From: Candidatus Krumholzibacteriia bacterium
GTDB lineage: Bacteria > Krumholzibacteriota > Krumholzibacteriia > WVZY01
Assembly (NCBI GenBank): GCA_046754105.1
Contig: JBHHVD010000050.1
Span: 1 to 23,990, forward strand
Reading direction: 5' to 3'
DNA: 23,990 nucleotides
Shown here piece after piece: positions 16,383-23,990 of the stretch. The position numbers and the translations under genes are program-made. Within the stretch, counting starts at the first letter, position 1, and each line of letters starts with the position of its first letter. The notes below the pieces were generated by a model. It saw only the letters and a list, made by a program, of their open reading frames with translations, was not told the DNA's origin and made no database searches.

Positions 16383-17651
16383 GTGTTGGACCGCCGTCTG
16401 ATTCGCGACGACCCGGACCGCGTCGTGCGCGGCGTCAAGGCGAAGCGCGTCAACGTCGATCTCGACAAGCTGATCGCACTCGACCAGCGGCTCCTCGCGC
16501 TGATGCAATCGGGCGACGAGTTGAAACACGAGCGCAACGTCAAGACCGAGGAAGTGGCCGCCAAAAAGAGGGCGGGGGAAGACGCCTCCGAGTTGCACGC
16601 CTACCTCAAGCGGCTCTCCGCCAGGATCAAGGACCAGGAAGCCGAGCACAAGGAGATCGGCGCCGAGCTGGACGCCCTGCTGCTCGCCGTCCCCAACCTG
16701 CCGCACGAGAGTGTTCCAGCCGGCAAGGACGAGAGCGACAACGTAGAGAGACGAACGTGGGGCAGGACGCCCGAGCGCTTCGAGGACATCCTGCCGCACT
16801 GGGATATCGGCGAGAAGCTCGGCGTACTGGACCTGGACGGCGGGCGCCGGGTGACCGGGCGCGGGTACATCGTCTTTCGGGGCGACGGCGCGCTCTTGTG
16901 CCGCGCGCTCATTAACCTGATGCTCGACATGCACCTCGACCAGGGTTACGAGGAGCTGGTGGTCCCCTTTGTCGTCAACCGCGACGCGATGACCGGCACG
17001 GGGCAGCTGCCCAAGATGCAGGAGGACATGTACCACTGCGAGGTCGACGATCTCTTTCTCATCCCGACCGCCGAGGTACCGGTAACCAACCTCGAACGCG
17101 AATCGTTCATCCCCACCGACCGCCTGCCGGTCAAGTACACCTCGTACACTCCGTGTTTCCGGCGCGAGGCGGGCAGCCACGGCGCGGACACCCGCGGGCT
17201 CCTGCGCGTCCACCAGTTCGACAAGGTGGAAATGGTCAAGTTCGTCTATCCCGACCACTCCTACGACGAGCTGGAGACCCTGGTAGAGGACGCCACGGCC
17301 GTTCTCGAGGCGCTGGAGCTGCCCTACCGGGTCATCGAGCTTTGTACGGCGGACTTGAGCTTTGCCGCTGCCAAGTGCTACGATCTGGAGGTATACGCGC
17401 CGGCGGTGGAGAAGTGGCTCGAGGTGTCCTCGTGCAGCAATTTCGCCGATTTCCAGGCGCGCCGGGCGGGGATCAAGATCAAGAAGGCCCGCGGCGAGAA
17501 ACACCGCTTCGTCCACACGCTCAACGGGTCCGGCCTCGCGCTGCCGCGCACCATTGCGGCCATTCTCGAAGTCCACCAGACGCCGACCGGACGTGTGAAG
17601 ATTCCCAAGAAACTCGTGCCTTATATGAAAGGTAAGGAGTACCTCGGCTAG
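16383..17651 (+). CDS. serS: Serine--tRNA ligase
   Basis: AGGAG RBS; PNLPHESVP.GKDE, GTGQLPK, LIPTAEVP, PCFRREAGSHG, GLLRVHQFDKVE, EVSSCSNF.DFQARR, HTLNGSGLA. Confidence 0.98.
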   Translation: MLDRRLIRDDPDRVVRGVKAKRVNVDLDKLIALDQRLLALMQSGDELKHERNVKTEEVAAKKRAGEDASELHAYLKRLSARIKDQEAEHKEIGAELDALLLAVPNLPHESVPAGKDESDNVERRTWGRTPERFEDILPHWDIGEKLGVLDLDGGRRVTGRGYIVFRGDGALLCRALINLMLDMHLDQGYEELVVPFVVNRDAMTGTGQLPKMQEDMYHCEVDDLFLIPTAEVPVTNLERESFIPTDRLPVKYTSYTPCFRREAGSHGADTRGLLRVHQFDKVEMVKFVYPDHSYDELETLVEDATAVLEALELPYRVIELCTADLSFAAAKCYDLEVYAPAVEKWLEVSSCSNFADFQARRAGIKIKKARGEKHRFVHTLNGSGLALPRTIAAILEVHQTPTGRVKIPKKLVPYMKGKEYLG

Positions 17652-17670
17652 CGTCCCCCCTTTGTGGCGA

Positions 17671-18930
17671 ATGATCGGATCACTATCCAACTATCGCGGT
17701 AACATTCGCTTCTGGCTCAAGAGCTATTTGTTCATCGGCGTAGCGCTGCTCACCCTGGGCGTTCTTCTCTACAGCAACCGCGTGATCGGGCGGATGGAAG
17801 AACAGTCTGCCGCCACCACCCGTCTTTTCTCCCGTTTTATCGCAGAGGTGGTGCTGGAAGTCCAGGACGAGGGTAAGCGCAGCCTCCTGCAGGAGGTCGT
17901 GGGGGAGATCCAGCTGCCTGTGGTGCTGACCGACGTCGACGGGCGCCCCTTCGCGTGGCATCGGGTCGGTGTCGATCCCCCGACGGAAGCGGATTTCGCC
18001 AACCTCGCCGCACTCGATCCGGCCGACCCGCCGCCCGGCAAGATGAAAGCCCTCGTCGACCGCACCCGCAAGATGGACCGCAGCCACCCGCCCATAGCCA
18101 TCCACGCCCGCGGTTCGGGCGACGTCCTGGCGTACGTTCATTTCGGACTGTCGAGGCTGCAGCGCGAGCTGCGGCTGATGCCGTTCATCCAGCTGGCGCT
18201 TTTCCTCGTCTTTATGGGCGTGGGCCTGCAGGGGTTTCGCTATCTCAAGCTCAGCGAGCAGCGTTCGATCTGGGTGGGAATGGCGAAAGAGACCGCCCAC
18301 CAGTTGGGCACGCCGCTGTCCGCGCTCCTCGGGTGGACGCAACTGCTCCGCGACCAGGTGGCCGAGGGCAGGAGCGCCGAGATCGGCAAATCGGTGGACG
18401 AGATGGACGAGGACCTCCACCGCCTGAGCAAGGTGACCGAGCGCTTCAGCAAGATCGGTTCGCAGCCGGAGCTAAAGAGCATCTCCATATCGGAGGTGCT
18501 CGAACGCACGGTCAAGTATTTCCACAGGCGCCTGCCGAGGCTCAAGGCCGACTCGACGCTCACGCTCGAATTCGAGGAGACGCCGATCGTGCGGGGCAAC
18601 GAGGAGCTGCTCGAGTGGGTCTTCGAGAACCTGATCAAGAACGGGCTGGACGCCCTGGGGGAGAAGGGCGGAACCATCGCCATTCAAACGCGTTACGATG
18701 CCTCGAAGCAAGTGGTCGAGATCATGGTCCGCGACTCCGGCCGGGGGGTGCCGGCGGCGCTGCGGCAGCGGATCTTCTCGCCGGGGTTTACGACCAAGCG
18801 CCGCGGGTGGGGGCTGGGCCTGGCGTTGACCCGCCGTATCGTCGAGGATTACCACGGCGGCGACCTCAAGCTCGCCGAAACCGGCTCCGGCAAGGGCACG
18901 ACTTTTGTGGTTCGGTTCCCCGCCTCGTGA
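17671..18930 (+). CDS. Membrane sensor histidine kinase (2 TM, HisKA + HATPase), ~419 aa
   Basis: Two hydrophobic helices; H-box WVGMAKETAHQLGTPLS; N-box WVFENLIKNGLDA; DSGRG, IFSPGFTTK, GWGLGL. Confidence 0.92.
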   Translation: MIGSLSNYRGNIRFWLKSYLFIGVALLTLGVLLYSNRVIGRMEEQSAATTRLFSRFIAEVVLEVQDEGKRSLLQEVVGEIQLPVVLTDVDGRPFAWHRVGVDPPTEADFANLAALDPADPPPGKMKALVDRTRKMDRSHPPIAIHARGSGDVLAYVHFGLSRLQRELRLMPFIQLALFLVFMGVGLQGFRYLKLSEQRSIWVGMAKETAHQLGTPLSALLGWTQLLRDQVAEGRSAEIGKSVDEMDEDLHRLSKVTERFSKIGSQPELKSISISEVLERTVKYFHRRLPRLKADSTLTLEFEETPIVRGNEELLEWVFENLIKNGLDALGEKGGTIAIQTRYDASKQVVEIMVRDSGRGVPAALRQRIFSPGFTTKRRGWGLGLALTRRIVEDYHGGDLKLAETGSGKGTTFVVRFPAS

Positions 18931-18954
18931 CATCGGGGCAGAATAGGCTATCCT
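18927..18954 (+). promoter_or_regulatory. Possible internal promoter upstream of porX
   Basis: GTGACA, 16 bp spacer, TATCCT (same -10 hexamer as at 6696), followed by an AT-rich tract. Confidence 0.3.
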
Positions 18955-19036
18955 GTTCGGGGCAAACAAATTATTTTGTCATTATGCGGGCGGTGTGGCG
19001 GTTTGCGGACGAGCCCCCGAATCCAAGGCGGTGAGC

Positions 19037-20587
19037 GTGGCCGGTCAGAAGATACTGTGGGTGGACGACGAGATCGAGCACCTGAAATCGCACGTGCGGT
19101 TTCTGCAGGGCAAGGGTTACGAGGTCAGCGAGGCGACCAACGGCGAGGACGCCCTCGACCTGGTCAAGAAGCAGAAGTTCGACGTGCTGCTGCTCGACGA
19201 GTCCATGCCGGGCATGGGGGGGCTGGAAACGCTGAACGAGATCAAGGAGATCGATCCCGCACTGCAGGTGGTCATGATTACCAAAAACGAGGAAGAGCGC
19301 CTGATGGACGACGCCATCGGCATGAAGATCTCGGACTACCTGCTAAAACCTGTCAGCCCCGTGCAGATTCATTCCGCCTGCAAGCGCATCCTCGACTCGC
19401 ACCGGTTGCAAGAGAGCCGTTTTTCCCAGGACTACGTAAAAGAATTCAACAACATGAACTCGTTGATCGACGAGGGGACGTGGGAGAGCTGGCTGCGCGC
19501 GCACCGCAAGCTCAGCGAATGGGACCTGGAGTTCGATCGCTTCCGCGACAGCGGTCTCGAGAGCACGCACGACGAGCAGAAGCTGAACGCGAACAAGCAT
19601 TTCTCCCGCTTCATGGAAACCCAATACCCGGAGTGGCTGCACTCCGAGCACCGCCCGCCGCTGAGCGTCGACGTATTCAAGCGTTTCGTGGCACCCCATA
19701 TCATCGCCGGCGAGCAGGTGGTGTTCATCGTTATCGACTGCGTGCGCCTCGATCAGTGGATGATCGTCGAGGAGATTCTCGGCGAGCATTTCAACGTCCG
19801 GCGCGATTATTACCTGTCGATTCTGCCCACGGCGACGCCGTACTCGAGAAACGCGATCTTCAGCGGGCTCTTCCCGGATGAAATTGCGCAAAAATATCCC
19901 GGCAAGTGGACGGAAAAATCCAAGAACGAGACCAGCAAGAACCGCTACGAGGAATTTTTTCTCAGGGAGCAACTCAGGCGGCACAGCCTCGGATCGGGGC
20001 GCCTGAAGTACATAAAGATCTACGCGGTGCAGGAGGCCAACGAACTGGGCAAGCGCATCGATGCGCTGCTGTCGCTGCCGCTGGTGGCGATGGTGTTCAA
20101 CTTCGTCGACATGCTCACGCACGGCCGCAACCAGTCCGAGATCCTGCAGCAGGTAGCACCGGACGAGGCCGCGTTTCGTTCGGTGGTGCGCTCGTGGTTC
20201 TCGCACTCGGTCCTGCTCGATATCCTCAAGCACGCAGCGCGCAAGAACATCAAGGTGGTCATGACCACCGACCACGGCTCGATCCTCGGGCGGCGCGCCA
20301 GTCTCGTCTACGGGCGGAGGGATACGTCGACGAACCTGCGCTACAAGTACGGGGACAACCTGAAGTGCGACGAAAAGCAGGCGATCATTACACGCAAACC
20401 TGCCGAGTTCCGCCTGCCGGCGGAATCGAAGACCAAGACCTATCTCTTTGCCAAAGAGTACTTCTATTTTGTCTACCCCACCAACTACAGGGACTACGAG
20501 AAGCAGTACCAGGGTAGTTTTCAACACGGCGGCGTCTCGCTCGAAGAGATGATTCTGCCGTGCCTGACGCTGCTGCCCAGGGCCTGA
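19037..20587 (+). CDS. porX: PorX-type response regulator: receiver domain + PglZ (alkaline phosphatase superfamily) domain, ~516 aa
   Basis: ILWVDDE, LLDESMPG, MITK; PglZ motifs IVIDCVRLDQW, LPTATPYSRNAIF, NFVDMLTH, TTDHGS, STNLRYK, FQHGGVSLEEM; followed by tsaE as in Bacteroidota. Confidence 0.9.
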   Translation: MAGQKILWVDDEIEHLKSHVRFLQGKGYEVSEATNGEDALDLVKKQKFDVLLLDESMPGMGGLETLNEIKEIDPALQVVMITKNEEERLMDDAIGMKISDYLLKPVSPVQIHSACKRILDSHRLQESRFSQDYVKEFNNMNSLIDEGTWESWLRAHRKLSEWDLEFDRFRDSGLESTHDEQKLNANKHFSRFMETQYPEWLHSEHRPPLSVDVFKRFVAPHIIAGEQVVFIVIDCVRLDQWMIVEEILGEHFNVRRDYYLSILPTATPYSRNAIFSGLFPDEIAQKYPGKWTEKSKNETSKNRYEEFFLREQLRRHSLGSGRLKYIKIYAVQEANELGKRIDALLSLPLVAMVFNFVDMLTHGRNQSEILQQVAPDEAAFRSVVRSWFSHSVLLDILKHAARKNIKVVMTTDHGSILGRRASLVYGRRDTSTNLRYKYGDNLKCDEKQAIITRKPAEFRLPAESKTKTYLFAKEYFYFVYPTNYRDYEKQYQGSFQHGGVSLEEMILPCLTLLPRA

Positions 20588-20588
20588 T

Positions 20589-21056
20589 ATGCTCGAGCCG
20601 CGATCGGAGAAGCATTCGGTGCGCTCTGTCTCCGAGGAGGAAACGGAACGATTCGCGGCGACGCTGGGCAGCCGCATCGAAGGCGGCACGTGTATCAGCC
20701 TGACCGGGCCGCTGGGAAGCGGCAAATCGGTCGTGGCCCGGGGCATCTGCGCGGGACTGGGGGTGGAGGAACCGGTGATCAGCCCGACGTTTATCCTGGT
20801 CGAGGAATACACCGGCCGCCTGCCGGTGGTTCACTGCGATCTCTACCGTCTCGAACACGAGCGGGACCTCGAAGAGCTCGGTGTCTTCGAGCGTATCGGA
20901 AACGACGCGGTGGTCCTCGTCGAATGGGGTGACCGTTCGCCGCGGATCTACGAGCAGGCCGACGTCGTCATCTCGCTGGGGGTGACGGGCGCGACGGAAA
21001 GACGGATCGATGCCCGCTACCGTTCGTGGGCCGGCGGGCTCTTCGGGGAGCGCTGA
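20589..21056 (+). CDS. tsaE: tRNA t6A biosynthesis ATPase TsaE
   Basis: LTGPLGSGKS, VISPTF.LVEEY, HCDLYRL, LVEWG. Confidence 0.95.
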   Translation: MLEPRSEKHSVRSVSEEETERFAATLGSRIEGGTCISLTGPLGSGKSVVARGICAGLGVEEPVISPTFILVEEYTGRLPVVHCDLYRLEHERDLEELGVFERIGNDAVVLVEWGDRSPRIYEQADVVISLGVTGATERRIDARYRSWAGGLFGER

Positions 21057-21772
21057 TGCGGATATTGGGAATCGATACATCGCACGCAACGGGTAGCGTG
21101 GCCGTTGCAACGGACGAAGGATCCATCACGTGCACGGACTTCGGTGCTGAAGCGTCGCACCTCGTCGAGCTGTGCGAGGCCGTCGACGGTCTCCTCGGTG
21201 GTGCGGGCCTCGATATCGCCGACATCGACCGCGTTGCCCTCGTCTCGGGCCCCGGCAGCTTCACCGGCCTGCGGATCGGCCTGGCCTTTGTCAAGGGGCT
21301 CTTCGCGGCCCGTCCGCTGGACGTCGTGACGACGACGAGCCTCGAGCTGCTCGCCGTCAGATGCGCGCACCGGCGGGAGCGTGTGTGCGTGATGGTGGAT
21401 GCGCGCAAGGACGAAGCGTATGCCGCACTCTATGTTACGAGCGGGCGCTACCCGGACGGGGAGATTCCGCGGGTCCGGGCGGAGATCGGGCCGCGGGCGG
21501 TTTCACCCGGGGAGTTTTTGACATCGCTCGAGATTTGTCCCACACTCTTCGTGGGGTCCGGGGCCGTGCGCTACGAGCGGCTGGTGCGCGACACTTTCGG
21601 CGACGCCGCGACCATGGCCGAGGCTCACCGGCCGTCAACGGAGTTGCTGTGCCGTATCGCGCCCGCCCTCGAACCGGTGGACGCCGGTACGATACCGGAA
21701 CTGGAGCCCGTTTACATTCGCCCGAGCGGTGCCGTTCTCAAACCTCTGCGAAAGATGCGTAACGATGGATGA
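21056..21772 (+). CDS. tsaB: tRNA t6A biosynthesis protein TsaB, 238 aa
   Basis: TGATG overlap with tsaE; ILGIDTS, GPGSFTGLRIG, DARKDEAY, LEPVYIR. Confidence 0.95.
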   Translation: MRILGIDTSHATGSVAVATDEGSITCTDFGAEASHLVELCEAVDGLLGGAGLDIADIDRVALVSGPGSFTGLRIGLAFVKGLFAARPLDVVTTTSLELLAVRCAHRRERVCVMVDARKDEAYAALYVTSGRYPDGEIPRVRAEIGPRAVSPGEFLTSLEICPTLFVGSGAVRYERLVRDTFGDAATMAEAHRPSTELLCRIAPALEPVDAGTIPELEPVYIRPSGAVLKPLRKMRNDG

Positions 21773-22262
21773 AATAACCCTTCTGCCCATGACCGCCTCC
21801 CACCTGCCGCAGGTCGTGGACATCGAACAGCGTGTATTTGCCACGCCGTGGACCGAGGAGATGTTCGTGCAGGAAGTGCGGGGGTTCTTCGGGTCGCGCG
21901 CCGTGGTGGCGGCGCACCGCGGCCGCGTCATCGGGTATTGCATCGCGTGGTTCATCGATAGCGAGGTGCACCTGGTGAATATCGCCGTGACGCCGAGCTA
22001 TCAAAGCCGCGGAATCGGGACGATACTGCTCGAGCACCTGCTCGAAGAGGCCGCCGGCGACGACCGGCGGACCGTAACACTGGAAGTGCGAGAGAGCAAC
22101 GCGGGCGCGCAGGCGTTCTATCGCCGGTTCTTGTTTCAAACGATCGGTATCCGCAAGCGTTACTACTCGGACAACCGCGAAGACGCCCTGCTGATGGCGC
22201 TCGACCTGGAGGATCTCCGCGAGCGGGGAGGGACCGGTGAGGAACGACCCAGCGCCGGTTGA
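21765..22262 (+). CDS. rimI: Ribosomal-protein-alanine N-acetyltransferase (GNAT), 165 aa
   Basis: IEQRVF.TPW, HLVNIAV.P.YQSRGIG, LEVRESN..AQAFY, GIRKRYY...EDALLM; follows tsaB. Confidence 0.92.
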   Translation: MDEITLLPMTASHLPQVVDIEQRVFATPWTEEMFVQEVRGFFGSRAVVAAHRGRVIGYCIAWFIDSEVHLVNIAVTPSYQSRGIGTILLEHLLEEAAGDDRRTVTLEVRESNAGAQAFYRRFLFQTIGIRKRYYSDNREDALLMALDLEDLRERGGTGEERPSAG

Positions 22263-23100
22263 GGACGAAGCGCTCGCGGGTGCGGCTCTCGCCGTGATTC
22301 TGGGCAGCGGTCTCGGGGAGGTCGGATGGTCGTTTCCCGTCGAGGCGCGCCGGGAATTCGCTGACATCCCGGGGATGGGCGCGACGTGCGTCGAAGGTCA
22401 CGCGGGTGAACTGACCCTGTGCCGGGTCGGTGGGGCGCGCTGTCTGTTTGTCCGCGGGCGCCGGCACTACTACGAGGGCCGCGTGGGCGAGATCGGCGTG
22501 CTGATCGCCTATCTCTACTCCGCCGGCATCCGCCACCTGCTGCTTACCTCCGCCGCCGGCAGCCTGTCCCGGGGCTGTGAGCCGGGAAGCCTGCTGCTGA
22601 GCGATACCCTGCTGGACCTTCAGTTTCGCCCCGCCGTCGCTAGCGGCGGCAGACCGGTGTCCGGGGTGGCGCAGGCGGCCGCGGTGCGCGGCCGCAGGGC
22701 CGTGTGCGGCCGCAGGCGGCCGCTCGCAACCTTCGATCCACGCCTGCGGGAGGTGCTTATCGGCGCGGCGCGGCGTGCGCGGGTGGGCCTCGGCCGCGGC
22801 GCCGTGGCCACGACCGCCGGCCCGTCGTACGAGACCCCGGCGGAAGTGAAATTTCTTCAACAACTTGGAATTTCCGCCGTCTCGATGTCCGGTGCTCCCG
22901 AGGTCGAGGTGGCCGGGAGGCTCGGCATCCAAATTGCTAGCGTTGCGTTGGTAACCAATTGGGCGACCGGTATTTCGGAGACGCCGCTCAGCCATGACGA
23001 CGTGCTCGCGTGTGGCCGCAGGGCCTGCGGCGACCTGCGGGCGTTGGTTGCGGAGCTGATTGCGGGCGGCGAAGGCCGGCGCGGGAGTTTTCGGTTGTAG
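22237..23100 (+). CDS. Purine nucleoside phosphorylase (trimeric PNP/XapA family), divergent
   Basis: AVILGSGLG, VEGHAGEL, GRRHYYEG, GPSYETPAE, VSMS..PE, VTNWATG, LSHDDVL. Confidence 0.85.
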   Translation: MRNDPAPVEDEALAGAALAVILGSGLGEVGWSFPVEARREFADIPGMGATCVEGHAGELTLCRVGGARCLFVRGRRHYYEGRVGEIGVLIAYLYSAGIRHLLLTSAAGSLSRGCEPGSLLLSDTLLDLQFRPAVASGGRPVSGVAQAAAVRGRRAVCGRRRPLATFDPRLREVLIGAARRARVGLGRGAVATTAGPSYETPAEVKFLQQLGISAVSMSGAPEVEVAGRLGIQIASVALVTNWATGISETPLSHDDVLACGRRACGDLRALVAELIAGGEGRRGSFRL

Positions 23101-23123
23101 AGGCCGGCGCCGGGCCGTATAGT

Positions 23124-23152
23124 TAGATTGAAGTTTAATTCTTTCTTATAGT
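23124..23152 (+). promoter_or_regulatory. Putative accD promoter in AT-rich island
   Basis: TAGATT, 17 bp spacer, TATAGT, upstream of AGGA RBS and ATG at 23171. Confidence 0.45.
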
Positions 23153-23170
23153 TAGGAACGTGACGCAGAC

Positions 23171-23990
23171 ATGTCGTGGTTCAAGCGCACCAGAAAGGGA
23201 CTCACCGGAACGCCGAGCAAGAAGTCGGTGCCCGACGGGCTGTGGCAGAAGTGCGAGATGTGCGGTGAGATCCTCTACGTCAAGGAACTCGAGAAGCGCC
23301 TGTGGGTGTGCTCGAAGTGCGGATACCATTTCATGGTCGGAACGGACAAGTACATCGAGATCCTGTGCGATTCCGGGACCTTCGAGGAGACCCACCGCGG
23401 GATCCGGTCCGGGGACCCGCTCGAGTTCAAGGACATGAAGCGCTACGCCGACCGTCTCAAGCAGTACGTAAAAAAGACCGGTCGCGACGACGCCGTTGTC
23501 ACCGGCCTGGCCCGGATCGGCGGGCGCGACGTCGTTGTCGCCATCATGGATTTCTCATTCATGGGCGGCAGCATGGGCTCGGTCGTCGGGGAAAAAATTG
23601 CCCGCAGTATCGAGGACGCCATCCGGCTGCGCCACCCGTTGATCATCGTCTCCCGTTCGGGAGGCGCGCGTATGCAGGAGTCGATCTACTCGCTGATGCA
23701 GATGGCGAAAACCTGCGCCATGCTCTCGCAAATGTCGAAAGCGCGCGTACCCTACATTTCTATCGTCACCAACCCGACCACCGGCGGTGTGACGGCCAGC
23801 TTCGCCAGCCTGGGCGACGTCATCATCGCCGAGCCGCGGGCACTGATCGGGTTCGCCGGCCCCCGGGTCATCGAGAACACCCTGCGGACGACCCTGCCCA
23901 AGGGTTTCCAGCGCTCGGAATTCCTGCTCGCCCACGGCATGGTAGACACCATCGTTCCGCGCTCCGAGATGAAGGCCACCATCAGCTCCC
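23171..23990 (+). CDS. accD: Acetyl-CoA carboxylase carboxyltransferase beta subunit (partial, runs off window; not in ORF track)
   Basis: Translated by eye: MSWFKR...PDGLWQKCEMC...VCSKCGYH, DPLEFKD, DFSFMGGSMGSVVGEKI, SGGARMQE, SLMQMAKT, PTTGGVTASFA, IGFAGPRVI, GFQRSEFLLAHG. Confidence 0.97.
   Translation, partial: MSWFKRTRKGLTGTPSKKSVPDGLWQKCEMCGEILYVKELEKRLWVCSKCGYHFMVGTDKYIEILCDSGTFEETHRGIRSGDPLEFKDMKRYADRLKQYVKKTGRDDAVVTGLARIGGRDVVVAIMDFSFMGGSMGSVVGEKIARSIEDAIRLRHPLIIVSRSGGARMQESIYSLMQMAKTCAMLSQMSKARVPYISIVTNPTTGGVTASFASLGDVIIAEPRALIGFAGPRVIENTLRTTLPKGFQRSEFLLAHGMVDTIVPRSEMKATISS

Noticed and set aside
6710..21110. Long antisense ORFs opposite housekeeping genes (e.g. 6710-8542, 16077-17690, 19343-20812)
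   Set aside because: Expected shadows from high GC3 codon bias; the sense-strand genes carry all the conserved motifs

Overview
GC-rich bacterial chromosomal window, mostly housekeeping and envelope genes. By inference it comes from a non-Bacteroidota FCB-type lineage (Krumholzibacteriota/Latescibacterota/Eisenbacteria-like): it has NPFNP...KMxLLK C-terminal sorting-like tails and a porX-tsaE linkage, but E. coli-like sigma70 promoters. Left accessory part (1-6.7 kb): STAS anti-anti-sigma factor, Zn-ribbon SAM methyltransferase, truncated enoyl-CoA hydratase in frame with a YqaE/Pmp3 peptide, and two minus-strand secreted proteins with T9SS/FlgD-Ig-like tails (a 7x61-aa repeat beta-propeller and a GH105/GH88-like hydrolase with a discoidin domain). 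A ~230-nt nested inverted-repeat element follows. Middle (6.7-15.3 kb): nucleotide-sugar/polysaccharide cluster (two GDP-mannose dehydratase/reductase paralogues, ugd, rfbC-like, rfbB, wecB, flippase, WecA/MraY-like transferase). Right (15.4-24 kb): a full-length HemC homologue lacking its catalytic residues, serS, a sensor kinase, porX-type REC-PglZ regulator, tsaE, tsaB, rimI, purine nucleoside phosphorylase and partial accD. No complete RNA gene, CRISPR array or transposase was seen. The best leads are the pseudo-HemC, the kinase-PorX pair and the structured intergenic element. All calls come from motif recognition by eye; no searches were run.
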